NCBI GenBank assembly: GCA_964016885.1
Contig: OZ024757.1
Location: 17,174,001-17,238,000, forward strand
Direction: 5' to 3'
DNA length: 64,000 nt
DNA from: Eledone cirrhosa
Lineage: Eukaryota
Below are positions 37,106-49,420 of this stretch, in pieces; positions within the stretch are counted from its first letter, which is position 1; every line of letters starts with the position of its first letter. A program made the position numbers and the translations under genes. The notes beneath the pieces are model-generated. The model did not search any database. It was not told the DNA's origin and was given only the letters and a program-made list of their open reading frames with translations.

Positions 37106-38614
37106 CACATATATATATATATATATACACATATATATATATATATATATACACATATATATATATATACACATATATATATATATATATACACACATAT
37201 ATATATATATATATACACATATCATCATCATCATCGTTTAACGTGGGGGGGGGGGTATTTTGTTAGAGGTGCCTACTGCCTGTAGGTTTCGCATTGTACT
37301 TAGGCAAGGCGGGTCTTCTGTATGACTGTGTAGCGCCAAAGATGTCGGTCCAGTGACATTGTCTTGGAGAGGTGTAAGTGTGTGAGGTCGGAATTTATCA
37401 AGTCGTCCCAGGTTTTTCTGGGTCTGCCTACTCCGTGGCTACCGTCTATTTTTATCGCCCTACACTTTTTTATACACCTGTCGTCTTTCATGTGCATCAC
37501 GTGACCGTACCAACGTAGTCTTCTCTCGAGTAAACATCTGATCCCTCTTATTCCTAATTTCTCCCTTAGTTCGTTTATGCTTTGCCGTTCACGCATATTA
37601 CTATTACACATCCAGCGGAGCATGCAAGCTTCATTTCTCTCCAGTCTGCGTATATCCTCTGCACGCAATGCCCAGATCTCACTGCCATGTAACATTGCTG
37701 TTCGTATGCAGGCATCATACAGCCTGCCTTTCGTTTTTAGAGAACCCTTTAGTGGCCAATAGTGGTATAAGCTCTCTGAACTTTTTCCATCCCGTTCTGA
37801 CTCTAGCTACTGTACTTTCAAAGCACCCTCCCCCACTGCTGATTTTGTCACCCAGGTAACGGAAGGTGTCCACTATTTCTATAGTACCATCTGTGCAATG
37901 GAATGAGCTAGTATTCTGAGGGCACTTGCTGCTACTTATTGCACCAGAGCACCGGCCACATATAAAATCTATATTCTTAGTTAGCTTACCTGTGATCCCA
38001 CTACATCTTTTATGCACCCATACTTTGCATTTGGGACATAAAATGGAGTTTCTGCCTACTCCTTTCCTACACACTGAGCATGGCCATTTGCCAGATGGGA
38101 CCGGTGCCCTATTTTCCTTCCTACAAACTAGAACTTTAGTCTTAGACAAGTTAACTTTAAGGCCTTTTGATTCTAGGCCATGCTTCCATGTTTGAAATTT
38201 CTTCTCTAGTTCAGCCATTGATTCAGCTATGAGCGTTAGATCATCTGCATATAGGAGTTCCCATGGGCAGCTGGTCTTGAACACCTCTGTTATAGCCTGA
38301 AGGGCAATAATAAATAGTAGGGGGCTAAGAACGGAGCCCTGATGAACACCAACTTTTACGCTAAACTCTTCACTATATTCGTTGTTAATTCTAACCTTGC
38401 TGACTGTTTCTTTATACATGGCTTGTATAGCTCTCACAAGCCATTCATCAACACCTAGTTTTCTAAGCGCCCACCAGATAATGGAGCGGGGGACTCTGTC
38501 AAAGGCTTTCTCCAAGTCAACAAAAGCTAAGTATAAGGGTTTACTTTTAGCTAGGTACTTCTCTTGTAGTTGTACAATGAAAAGACCATCTATGGTACTT
38601 TTACCTGACACAAA

Positions 38615-38620
<6 letters not shown>
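36448..38620 (-). mobile_element. RTE-clade LINE, longest RT-containing copy, with a duplicated 3' end separated by a (TA/CA)n tract
   Basis: ORF 37715-38674 has [28 protein letters not shown] and FRYLG. ORF 37300-37695 is the frameshifted C-terminus. A second 3' end lies at 36448-36975. Confidence 0.93.
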
Positions 38621-38654
<34 letters not shown>

Positions 38655-39259
38655 CATATACATACACACATCAATTTTTGATGTCTTCTATTAATAACTG
38701 ATTACTCACTCCAACCAAAATCTTAATCCTCTCTCTTTCTCTTTCAACTCCTCTGCCCCCGTCTCTCTAGCTCTCTCTGTCTCTCTCTTTCTCTCCCTCT
38801 CTCTCTCACTCACAACACATTACTAATCACTTAATCTGCAGGGATTTATTTACTTTCTCTCAAACCTTTTCATCTTTTCCAACACGACCAGATGATGTTT
38901 ATGTTATTGATGTTGATGATGATGATTAAATAATCATAATTATAGTCATATAATAACAATACTGCTGCTGCTGATGATGATATTATGAAGAGATCACTCA
39001 ATACTTAGACATATGTAACTTGTAATTTCATATGAAAAGAAAAGTAAACAAAACTGATCATTGTTTCCTGTTTAATGTCAACAAAGTTTGTTGTTGTTCT
39101 TGTTGTTTATCCCTAGGCTGATTTACCTAATTATTCCATCCATGGCCATTGTATAATATTTTCATGGAGTAATTGATCCCAGAACCACATTATTCAATAA
39201 GTTCTTTATTAACCTCTTAAACTGCTTAGAACTACCTCTATTAAAATGTTCAAATTTAA

Positions 39260-39468
39260 CCCTTTAGTATTTCCATTCTTCTATATATACTATTATATTT
39301 TCACAATAAAGGCTTTATCTTACATAATTATCTCACATAATATTGAATCTATGAGATTTTGATATTATTTATTTTGAGAACAATTCCTTAACATAAGTAT
39401 GAGGGACCAGCTGGAGCCAGTTTGGATGGAGAGGTGAGAGAATTCTGGCCGGTTTAAATGTGAAAGGG
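39260..39468 (+). mobile_element. piggyBac-type MITE family 1
   Basis: TTAA at 39256 and 39469; TIRs present. A reverse copy lies at 40028-40221. Confidence 0.85.
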
Positions 39469-39532
39469 TTAAATTTTATTTTAACATGAAAATATTGTAA
39501 TATTTGATTTCAGTAGTTAAATATTTGTCTTT

Positions 39533-40010
39533 TACAGGGTAACTAAAAAAAAAGAACTGGGCCCCATTATATTTTTGTCTACATTATTCATTTTTTGATA
39601 AACAAAAATTTATGAAACTGTGAATCTATTCAGTTCATACCATTAAAAACATCAACAATTCACTATCTTCTGATGTTTCTATCCAGAGTTACATGTTCCA
39701 AGTGATCCTCATTTGAATCCATGCCTTTTTTTAGGTGCATCGTGAAGTTTAACATATCTTTACAAACAGACATAGGGATGGCTCTGATCTCCTCCCTGGT
39801 GTTGTATTGGGGTTCTCCACTGTCCCGTAGGTCTCAAACATCTTCACCCTGTTTTGTATATTGGCTTTGAAGGGAGATTTAGCCATTCTAAAAACTGCAC
39901 GAAATTGCTCTTGGACCTGCTTGTATGAGCCACACATGGTAGTGTTTCCCACAGAACATCCAGTGCTGGGGCTCCCATTGGGGTCTTGTCTTCTCGGACA
40001 TTGTATTTAC
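39533..40010 (-). mobile_element. Internally deleted Tc1/mariner transposon remnant
   Basis: N-terminal HTH-like SYKQVQEQFRAVF...P...IQNRVKMFETYGTV...GR (DUF4817-like) fused to a C-terminal HLEH-like end; terminus tacagggt. Confidence 0.6.
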
Positions 40011-40639
40011 CTTGTCCTGGAATTTAACCCTTTAGCATTTAAACTGGCCGTATCCGGCCAGAATTCTTTCACCTCTTTCTGTTCAAACCAGCCATAACCG
40101 GCCGTTCATGCTGATAAGGTATTGTTCTCAAAATAAATATCAAAATCGCATAGATTCAATATTATGTGAGGTAAAGCCTTTACCGTGAAAACATAGTATA
40201 TATAGAGCAATGTAAATGCTAATTTGCCGCCTTTGTGCCTATATTAGAAATCCTTATTAAGTTGAACGTTAGCCCTTGTGGCCAACAAAGAAATCATTAT
40301 TAAGTTGAAGGTTCATTATTTCAGTGAACCTCTCATAATTCTTGATTATTTTGATAATTAAAATACAGAGGCAGAATATTCTTATTAGAAATGTGGCCAG
40401 AAAAAGGTTAAGATGGTAGGGTATGATTTTTAGCGAGATTTGACTGTTGTTTCTTGCTGATCAAGTGGCAAACTACTTAAACGCTCTCTTGTTGTTGTTT
40501 AGCTGTAGGTCAACCATGATTGAGCTGACCTCTGAATAAAGGCAATCCAGCTATGACCATCTCATCTTTTTTATTTTTTTTGTAAAGAACCTAGGACCAT
40601 GTTAGTCAATATCTTCATTGTTTTTTAAGACAGTAGGGT

Positions 40640-40970
40640 GAAGGCACATGGCTTAGTGGTTAGGGTGATTAGCTTATGATTGAAAGGGTATGAGCTCGAT
40701 TCCTGGATTAGGTGGTGCATTGTCTCCTGGCAAGACGCTTTATTTCACATTGCTCCAGTAAACTCAGCTGGCAAATATTATGAGTTGTATCTGTAAGGCC
40801 AGCCTTTGTCATATATTGTGTCATACTGAATCTCCCTGAGAACTGCGTTAAAGTTGCAGGCATCTGTGGAATGCTCAGCCACTTACACGTTAATTTCACG
40901 AGCAGCATCCAGTTCTGTTGTTTGAATCAACTGGGTCACTCACCATCTGAAACAACGGATGTCCAACAAC
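40640..40970 (+). mobile_element. Full-length SINE family B with tail type A
   Basis: gaaggcacatggcttagtggttaggg...gagctcgattcc...ggcaagacgctttatttcac, then a tail ending caacaacaa. Confidence 0.8.
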
Positions 40971-41769
40971 AAGGGTGAGGTTTAAAGAAGATTTGGCTGT
41001 TGTTTCTAGCGGCTCAGGCTAAATCTATGTGCACATAGTGGCTCCCTCGTTAGCTGCAGCAAGGAGGAGGGAGGGGGTAATGCTTCAAGATAATTAAATG
41101 TCTAAATTGTTAATGTCACAGATCTGATAATTATTTGTTATTGTAGATGTCACTGAAGTAAACTATTTTTGTCTTTTCTTCTTCCCCTCGCTTTCACTTT
41201 TTCTTTCCTTCTCTTATCTCTCTCTCCTCTCTCTTTCTTTCACTCTCTCCTTTCCCGCTCTCTCCTTTTCCCCTCTCACCCTCTCCTTTTCCTATCTCTC
41301 CCTCTCCTTTTCCTTTCTCTCTTTTTATTCCCTTCTTTCTCCTTCAGGATGGTTACAGTTGGAATATCTGATCAATAAGACTTATCTAAACCTAAAGAAC
41401 AACAACATCAGTACCATCATCACTGATTAACCCTTTTGAACAACATTTTTTCCAACCATAGTGTATCTTGGAATGCATTATCCAGTGTATCCTTCTATTT
41501 TTAAAGATTTAGGGTATGGTTTAGGAAGGATTTACCTGCTTTTTCTAGAAAGTTGATCAACCATTTAAAGCAAGGAAATCCAAAATGGTCAATATCGACT
41601 GCCCCCCCCCCCCCGGGTAGGTGGTGATCAATGGGACTCTTCAAAGAGTTAATTGCCTTGGGGGTCAAAATGGGGTTGATAAACACCAAGGGTCAATTGA
41701 ATGTTGATGATAGACATTTCTAAACCTCAACAATACTAATAGCCAATGTGTGTTTATATATTTATTTGG

Positions 41770-42020
41770 TCTTCTTCTTGTCGTGTCCACAATAGTGTCA
41801 GTTACAAAGTTTGGCTAGATGTGCAGGGGTGTTCCAGCAGGAAGTGCTGCATAGTCTGTGGTTCGAAGCCATAGTCACACACAATGTTCCTATCCTTTAA
41901 ATATCCCCAAGAGTGACTTTTGCACGTCCAACACCAGATCTTCGTCCATTTAGGCATTTCCACACGGCATAGTTTGTATCTGCTCCAGGGGGGCAGTGCA
42001 TTGCTCGCCTTTAGCTCCAT
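41770..42020 (-). mobile_element. LINE 3' fragment (Ingi/Vingi-like C-terminus)
   Basis: HSWGY...CDYG.EPQTMQH resembles the C-terminal W-G...C-x-C-G...QT..H motif; (aag)n-like tail. Confidence 0.5.
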
Positions 42021-42167
42021 TTATTTGGTGTTATGTAATGAAGGAAATATCAATGTAATGACTGAGAAAGGAAGGGGTGGTGGCAAACAATAGAAAACAG
42101 AGACAAGCATTCTCAGATTCGTTACACTTGTGTGTATGCATATGTATACGTTTATATTTAATTATTA

Positions 42168-42360
42168 TGGTGGATTGGCAGTATCGGTAGAGGGTCGGAC
42201 GCCATGCTTTGCAGCATAGAGTTACGGCCCTTTATGATCTGAGTTCAAATCCCGCCGAGGTTAACTTTGCCTTTCATCCTTACGGGGTCGATAAAATAAA
42301 GTACCAGTAATGCACTGGGATAATTGCTGGCCTTGTGCCAAAAGTAGAAATAATTATTAT
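42168..42360 (+). mobile_element. SINE family A, full length
   Basis: A/B boxes and central domain as at 675-864. Confidence 0.85.
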
Positions 42361-42915
42361 TCATTCATTTGTTTGTACATGTCTGGGGTCCAATGAGGGA
42401 TCAAGGATTCCATGAAGGAGTTGATGGTCTAAAAAGTTTGGAGACCCAGATCTAGAGGCTTCCTCATTAAACACAATACCTAGAGTTTGTATTCTTAATT
42501 AAGATTGTTTAATTAAAATTCAGAACATTAGTCATTAACCAATGCTAAAGATAACATTGTAACTTAAGTAACTAATGATAGACTTTGAAAAAATTTGAAA
42601 GATTTCTCTTTCTTTTGCTGTTGTTGTAATTGTTTTTTTTTTGTTTTTTTTGTCGTCAATGTGAAATATTATCAACAATGATTGTATCATGTTTTATCTT
42701 AAATCTGGCATGGTGAAATAACAGGTAAAGTAGGACATTTAGAAATAGGTGAAAGGAGGGTGGTGGGGAGGAACAGCTTCAGTGTTGTGGACACACACAC
42801 ACACACACAGAGAGAAAGGTCATCACCACCATCATCGTCATCACCAATCGTTAACCTACAGTATCTCTAGTGCCAAACTGTATTGACCTTTGCCTTTCCC
42901 TTTGACAACATTGGT

Positions 42916-45900
42916 GGCATGGAGAAGATAGATTTGCATACATGGGTGACTGTTAGTCTCCCATAAAACATTTTGCCCTGTCTTATGGCATGGGGAAGAT
43001 AGATTTGCATACATGGGTGACTGTTAGTCTCCCATAAAACACTTTGCCCTGTCTTATGGTATGGGGAAGATAGATTTGCATACATGGGTGACTGTTAGTC
43101 TCCCATAAAACATTTTGCCCTGTCTTATGGCATGGGGAAGATAGATTTGCATACATGGGTGACTGTTAGTCTCCCATAAAACATTTTGCCCTGTCTTATG
43201 GCATGGGGAAGATAGATTTGCATACATGGGTGACTGTTAGTCTCCCATAAAACATTTTGCCCTGTCTTATGGCATGGGGAAGATAGATTTGCATACATGG
43301 GTGACTGTTAGTCTCCCATAAAACATTTTGCCCTGTCTTATGGCATGGGGAAGATAGATTTGCATACATGGGTGACTGTTAGTCTCCCATAAAACATTTT
43401 GCCCTGTCTTATGGCATGGGGAAGATAGATTTGCATACATGGGTGACTGTTAGTCTCCCATAAAACATTTTGCCCTGTCTTATGGCATGGGGAAGATAGA
43501 TTTGCATACATGGGTGACTGTTAGTCTCCCATAAAACATTTTGCCCTGTCTTATGGCATGGGGAAGATAGATTTGCATACATGGGTGACTGTTAGTCTCC
43601 CATAAAACATTTTGCCCTGTCTTATGGCATGGGGAAGATAGATTTGCATACATGGGTGACTGTTAGTCTCCCATAAAACATTTTGCCCTGTCTTATGGCA
43701 TGGAGAAGATAGATTTGCATACATGGGTGACTGTTAGTCTCCCATAAAACATTTTGCCCTGTCTTATGGCATGGAGAAGATAGATTTGCATACATGGGTG
43801 ACTGTTAGTCTCCCATAAAACATTTTGCCCTGTCTTATGGCATGGAGAAGATAGATTTGCATACATGGGTGACTGTTAGTCTCCCATAAAACATTTTGCC
43901 CTGTCTTATGGCATGGGGAAGATAGATTTGCATACATGGGTGACTGTTAGTCTCCCATAAAACACTTTGCCCTGTCTTATGGCATGGAGAAGATAGATTT
44001 GCATACATGGGTGACTGTTAGTCTCCCATAAAACATTTTGCCCTGTCTTATGGCATGGAGAAGATAGATTTGCATACATGGGTGACTGTTAGTCTCCCAT
44101 AAAACATTTTGCCCTGTCTTATGGCATGGAGAAGATAGATTTGCATACATGGGTGACTGTTAGTCTCCCATAAAACATTTTGCCCTGTCTTATGGCATGG
44201 AGAAGATAGATTTGCATACATGGGTGACTGTTAGTCTCCCATAAAACATTTTGCCCTGTCTTATGGCATGGAGAAGATAGATTTGCATACATGGGTGACT
44301 GTTAGTCTCCCATAAAACATTTTGCCCTGTCTTATGGCATGGAGAAGATAGATTTGCATACATGGGTGACTGTTAGTCTCCCATAAAACATTTTGCCCTG
44401 TCTTATGGCATGGGGAAGATAGATTTGCATACATGGGTGACTGTTAGTCTCCCATAAAACACTTTGCCCTGTCTTATGGCATGGAGAAGATAGATTTGCA
44501 TACATGGGTGACTGTTAGTCTCCCATAAAACATTTTGCCCTGTCTTATGGCATGGAGAAGATAGATTTGCATACATGGGTGACTGTTAGTCTCCCATAAA
44601 ACATTTTGCCCTGTCTTATGGCATGGAGAAGATAGATTTGCATACATGGGTGACTGTTAGTCTCCCATAAAACATTTTGCCCTGTCTTATGGCATGGAGA
44701 AGATAGATTTGCATACATGGGTGACTGTTAGTCTCCCATAAAACATTTTGCCCTGTCTTATGGCATGGGGAAGATAGATTTGCATACATGGGTGACTGTT
44801 AGTCTCCCATAAAACATTTTGCCCTGTCTTATGGCATGGAGAAGATAGATTTGCATACATGGGTGACTGTTAGTCTCCCATAAAACATTTTGCCCTGTCT
44901 TATGGCATGGGGAAGATAGATTTGCATACATGGGTGACTGTTAGTCTCCCATAAAACACTTTGCCCTGTCTTATGGCATGGAGAAGATAGATTTGCATAC
45001 ATGGGTGACTGTTAGTCTCCCATAAAACATTTTGCCCTGTCTTATGGCATGGAGAAGATAGATTTGCATACATGGGTGACTGTTAGTCTCCCATAAAACA
45101 TTTTGCCCTGTCTTATGGCATGGAGAAGATAGATTTGCATACATGGGTGACTGTTAGTCTCCCATAAAACATTTTGCCCTGTCTTATGGCATGGAGAAGA
45201 TAGATTTGCATACATGGGTGACTGTTAGTCTCCCATAAAACATTTTGCCCTGTCTTATGGCATGGAGAAGATAGATTTGCATACATGGGTGACTGTTAGT
45301 CTCCCATAAAACATTTTGCCCTGTCTTATGGCATGGAGAAGATAGATTTGCATACATGGGTGACTGTTAGTCTCCCATAAAACATTTTGCCCTGTCTTAT
45401 GGCATGGAGAAGATAGATTTGCATACATGGGTGACTGTTAGTCTCCCATAAAACATTTTGCCCTGTCTTATGGCATGGAGAAGATAGATTTGCATACATG
45501 GGTGACTGTTAGTCTCCCATAAAACATTTTGCCCTGTCTTATGGCATGGAGAAGATAGATTTGCATACATGGGTGACTGTTAGTCTCCCATAAAACATTT
45601 TGCCCTGTCTTATGGCATGGAGAAGATAGATTTGCATACATGGGTGACTGTTAGTCTCCCATAAAACATTTTGCCCTGTCTTATGGCATGGAGAAGATAG
45701 ATTTGCATACATGGGTGACTGTTAGTCTCCCATAAAACATTTTGCCCTGTCTTATGGCATGGGGAAGATAGATTTGCATACATGGGTGACTGTTAGTCTC
45801 CCATAAAACACTTTGCCCTGTCTTATGGCATGGAGAAGATAGATTTGCATACATGGGTGACTGTTAGTCTCCCATAAAACACTTTGCCCTGTCTTATGGT

Positions 45901-46031
45901 ATGGAGAAGATAGATTTGCATACATGGGTGACTGTTAGTCTCCCATAAAACACTTTGCCCTGTCTTATGGCATGGAGAAGATAGATTTGCATACATGGGT
46001 GACTGTTAGTCTCCCATAAAACACTTTGCCC
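42916..46031. repeat. Highly homogeneous 71-bp satellite, about 44 copies
   Basis: Unit ggcatgg(a/g)gaagatagatttgcatacatgggtgactgttagtctcccataaaaca(t/c)tttgccctgtcttat. Confidence 0.97.
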
Positions 46032-46371
46032 AGCCTTGCAGCTGGGAGAGAACTCTCATGGAATGACCAAATGAGGTTAATTTTCAACATAGTACCTGGG
46101 AAGAAACAATGCAGTTATTGATAAGAAGAGTTGAAATTATCACCATGCAAGATTTCATTGCTCCAGCATCACACCTTCATTGTCAGCCTATGAACTTTTC
46201 AGCCCACCTCATATACTCTCAGGTCTTGAATAATTGCCCCCGCTCATTCATTTTTCAGATCCAATATTATATGATATAATTGTGAGATAAAGACTTTACC
46301 ACAAAAATACAATAGTATATATAGAGTAATGTAAATGCTAAAGGGTTAATATATCTGTTTCCATTTTTTAG

Positions 46372-46466
46372 GTTGTTGGAACCTTTAACGTGGACTTTAT
46401 TAGTCTTCTCCTTCACCTCAATATTTGATACACCCATGCTGTTTGGTATATACACTCACAACTCAG
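46372..46466 (+). other. Candidate 95-nt exon (hydrophobic, signal-peptide-like frame)
   Basis: Acceptor tttccattttttag, donor cag|gtaaat; open frame LLEPLTWTLLVFSFTSIFDTPMLFGIYTHNS. Confidence 0.3.
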
Positions 46467-46757
46467 GTAAATACCTATCTTTTCACTTACTCCTACCTTG
46501 TTATTGCTGCTGCTGTCTATACCTACACACTCCTAGTGTTGGTAGTACTCTCACAGTGTTGGTAGTACACACTCTCACAGTGTTGTAGTACACACACACA
46601 CCCAGCATTGGTAGTACACACACTGGTCTACCTACACAATGTTTGAAGTTCATACACACAGTATTGGTAGTCTACACACACACACACACACACACACAAG
46701 TTTACCTACATAAACATAATGTTGGTAGTCCATATACACAATGCAAGTAGTTCACAC

Positions 46758-48094
46758 TGGTGGCGCGAATAAAAGCACCCAGTACATGCTGTAAAGTGGT
46801 GCTGGTGTTAGGAAGGGCGTCCAACCAGTATAATAAATGCCAAAATTATGAGCACAACAAATAAGAATTGCAACAACTGCGTCAACAGTAACACTAACCA
46901 TGTTAGGGCTGCACACAGTAGTGGGGTGGCTAGTGAGGCCATGTGTGAGAACCCCCGACTGCCATCAGGCTATTGCACAACAGGAAAAAGAACGAGACGT
47001 TGCATCTCAGAGTTGCCACACTTAATGTTGGCACTCTAACGGGTAAATCTGGTGAGATAGCATAGATGATGGAGAGAAGGCATGTGGATGTGTGCTGTGT
47101 GCAAGAAGTGAGATGGAGAGGTGCCTCTGCAAGACTAATCGCAAGCAAACATCGTAGTTATAAGCTTTTCTGGGTGGGTAATGATGATGGGTTAGGTGGG
47201 GTGGGCATATTAAAACAAAAGTGTTTATAAGTAGAAGAGAGGACAATACTCTGATTCCATTGGGGAAATGGCCATGTTCGATATGTAGGAATGGAACTGG
47301 CATAAATTCCATAAAATGTACGCAATGCAGATCTTGGGTACACAAGAGATGTAGTGGCATAGCAGGCAAACTAACAAGTAGGAAAAACTACGTATGCAGT
47401 AGATGTACATGGAAAGTTGGCAGTAGTAATCGCAGTGATAGACACATTTTTCCAATGCAGGTGGGTTCTATAGAAGTGGTTGATAGCTTCCGGTACCTAG
47501 GTGATCAGATTAGCATGGGAGGGGGAGGGGGTTCTGAGGCCATAGTATCTAGAATAAGGATGGGTTGGAAGAAGTTTAGGGAGTTGCTTCTTCTGTTGAC
47601 AAAGAAGGGTTTCTCCCTGCGTATGAAAGGATGGTTATATGATGCCTGTGTGAGATGTGCGATGCTGCATGGTAGTGAGACATGGGCAGCAACTGCAGAA
47701 GATTTGCGACGGCTGGAGAGAAATGAAGCAAGTATGCTCCGTTGGATGTGCAATGTCAATGTGCGTGAACGACCAAGCATAGATGAGTTGAGAAAGAAAC
47801 TGGGTATAAAAGGGATAAGTTGTGGTGTGCAGGAGAGAAGGCTGGGATGGTATGGACATGTGATGCGCATGGAGGATGACCGCTGGGTAAAGAAGTGCCA
47901 AGAAATCCTAGTAGAAGGAAGTTGCAGTAGAGGTAGACTACGTAAAACATGGGCGGAGGTGGTGAGAGCAGACCTTGAATCGCTGAAACTCACCGAGGAG
48001 ATGACGAAGGACTGTAACAAGTGGAGAGATGGTGTGCTGAATAGGACCCGTCCAACCCTTGCAAGCAGGGAAAAGTGAACATAAAATGATGATG
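46758..48094 (+). mobile_element. RTE-clade LINE retaining both termini but with a large internal deletion
   Basis: 5' module, then the APE N-terminus (LRVATLNVGTL...DVCCVQEVRW...GLGGVGIL) joined at about 47212 to KTKV-PHD-FRYLG...RPTLASREK; tail atgatgatg. Confidence 0.9.
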
Positions 48095-48129
48095 TTGGTA
48101 GTACACACACACACTGTCAATCTCCTTTA

Positions 48130-48615
48130 GAAATTACTTTAATATTGCAAATTTTGGCAATGATCTTTCCACTAGTAGATATACTATAAACATTTGAATT
48201 AACAATTTAAGTCTTTACTTTAGTTTAATACTGTAAATTTTCACAATGATCTGTTCTCTAGTAAAGACACTATAAACATTTGAAATAACAAACTACATGA
48301 AACCACATTAACAAAACATTCTTGAAAAGTACAAAGCAGTACTATCACTGCACCACTTTAACAATTTAAGTCTTTACTTTAGTTTAACCCTTTAGTATTT
48401 ACACTAGCGGATGTACCCGGCATTGCTCGGGAAATGAATGACAGCCTGTTTGTCCGTAACGGCCTAGTACATCAAAAGTTAAAAGGAGCCTAGTATTTGT
48501 ACACACAGATAATTTGAAAAAAATCGATATTTCGGCCCCCAATATCAAATTTTTTCAAATTTTTTTTTGTCCAAAAACCTGCTCTGGCATATAAGCAATA
48601 CGTGGTGCCAAATTT

Positions 48616-48706
<91 letters not shown>

Positions 48707-49420
48707 CGACTTGCTTTTATATATATATAGATTACTCTATATTTACTATTGTATTTACATGGTAAAGGCTTTATCTCACATAATATCGAAGCTACGAGAT
48801 TTTTGATGTTATTTATTTTGAGAACAACTTAATCCATTAGCACTTACATTACTCTATATATACTAATTGTATTTTCGCCGTAAATGCTTTACCTCACATA
48901 ATTATCTCACATCATATCGAATCTATGAGATTTTGATATTATTTATTTTGAGAACAATACCTTAACATAAGTACGAATGGCCAGTTACTATCAGTTTGAA
49001 CAGAAAGAGGTGAGAGAATTCTGGCCAGAGATACAATGGGTTTAAATGCTGAAGGGTTAATACTATAAATTTTTACAATGATCTGTTCTCTAGTAAAGAT
49101 ACTATAAGCATTTGAATTAACAAAGCACATGAAACCACATTAGCAAAGACATTCTTGAAAAGTACAAACAGTACTATGACTGCATCCAATTAACAATTAG
49201 TGTTTACTTAGTGTACAGCAAATTTTCTCACTGATCTGTCTACTAATAAAGATTCTATAAACATTCAAATTAACAAACCAAATGAAACCACATTAGCATA
49301 ACATTCCTGAAAAGTACAAAACACTGCTATGATTACATGACATTAAATATTAGTCTTTACTTAGTGTACAGTATGTTTTCACAATGATTTGTCCACTAGT
49401 AAAGATAATATAACCATTTG
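48130..49420. repeat. Degenerate ~160-bp tandem repeat interrupted by a MITE/Helitron stack (48388-49056)
   Basis: Recurring cacaatgatctg..ctagtaaaga.actataaacatttgaa...cattcttgaaaagtacaaa; a distant copy lies at about 53330-53440. Confidence 0.7.
48404..48731 (-). mobile_element. Non-autonomous Helitron
   Basis: The minus strand starts TC(tatatatataaaag) and ends in the hairpin cccgagcaatgccggg...CTAG. It is inserted between A and T of the host MITE (tttacA|Ttactct) with no TSD and contains a (CA)n tract. Confidence 0.8.

Noticed and set aside
37715-38674. Intact autonomous RT gene
   Set aside because: It is 5'-truncated into a microsatellite, lacks the endonuclease and is frameshifted before the C-terminus.
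42916-46031. CRISPR-like appearance (hairpin-containing direct repeats)
   Set aside because: The units are identical end to end with no unique spacers, no cas genes are present, and the context is eukaryotic.
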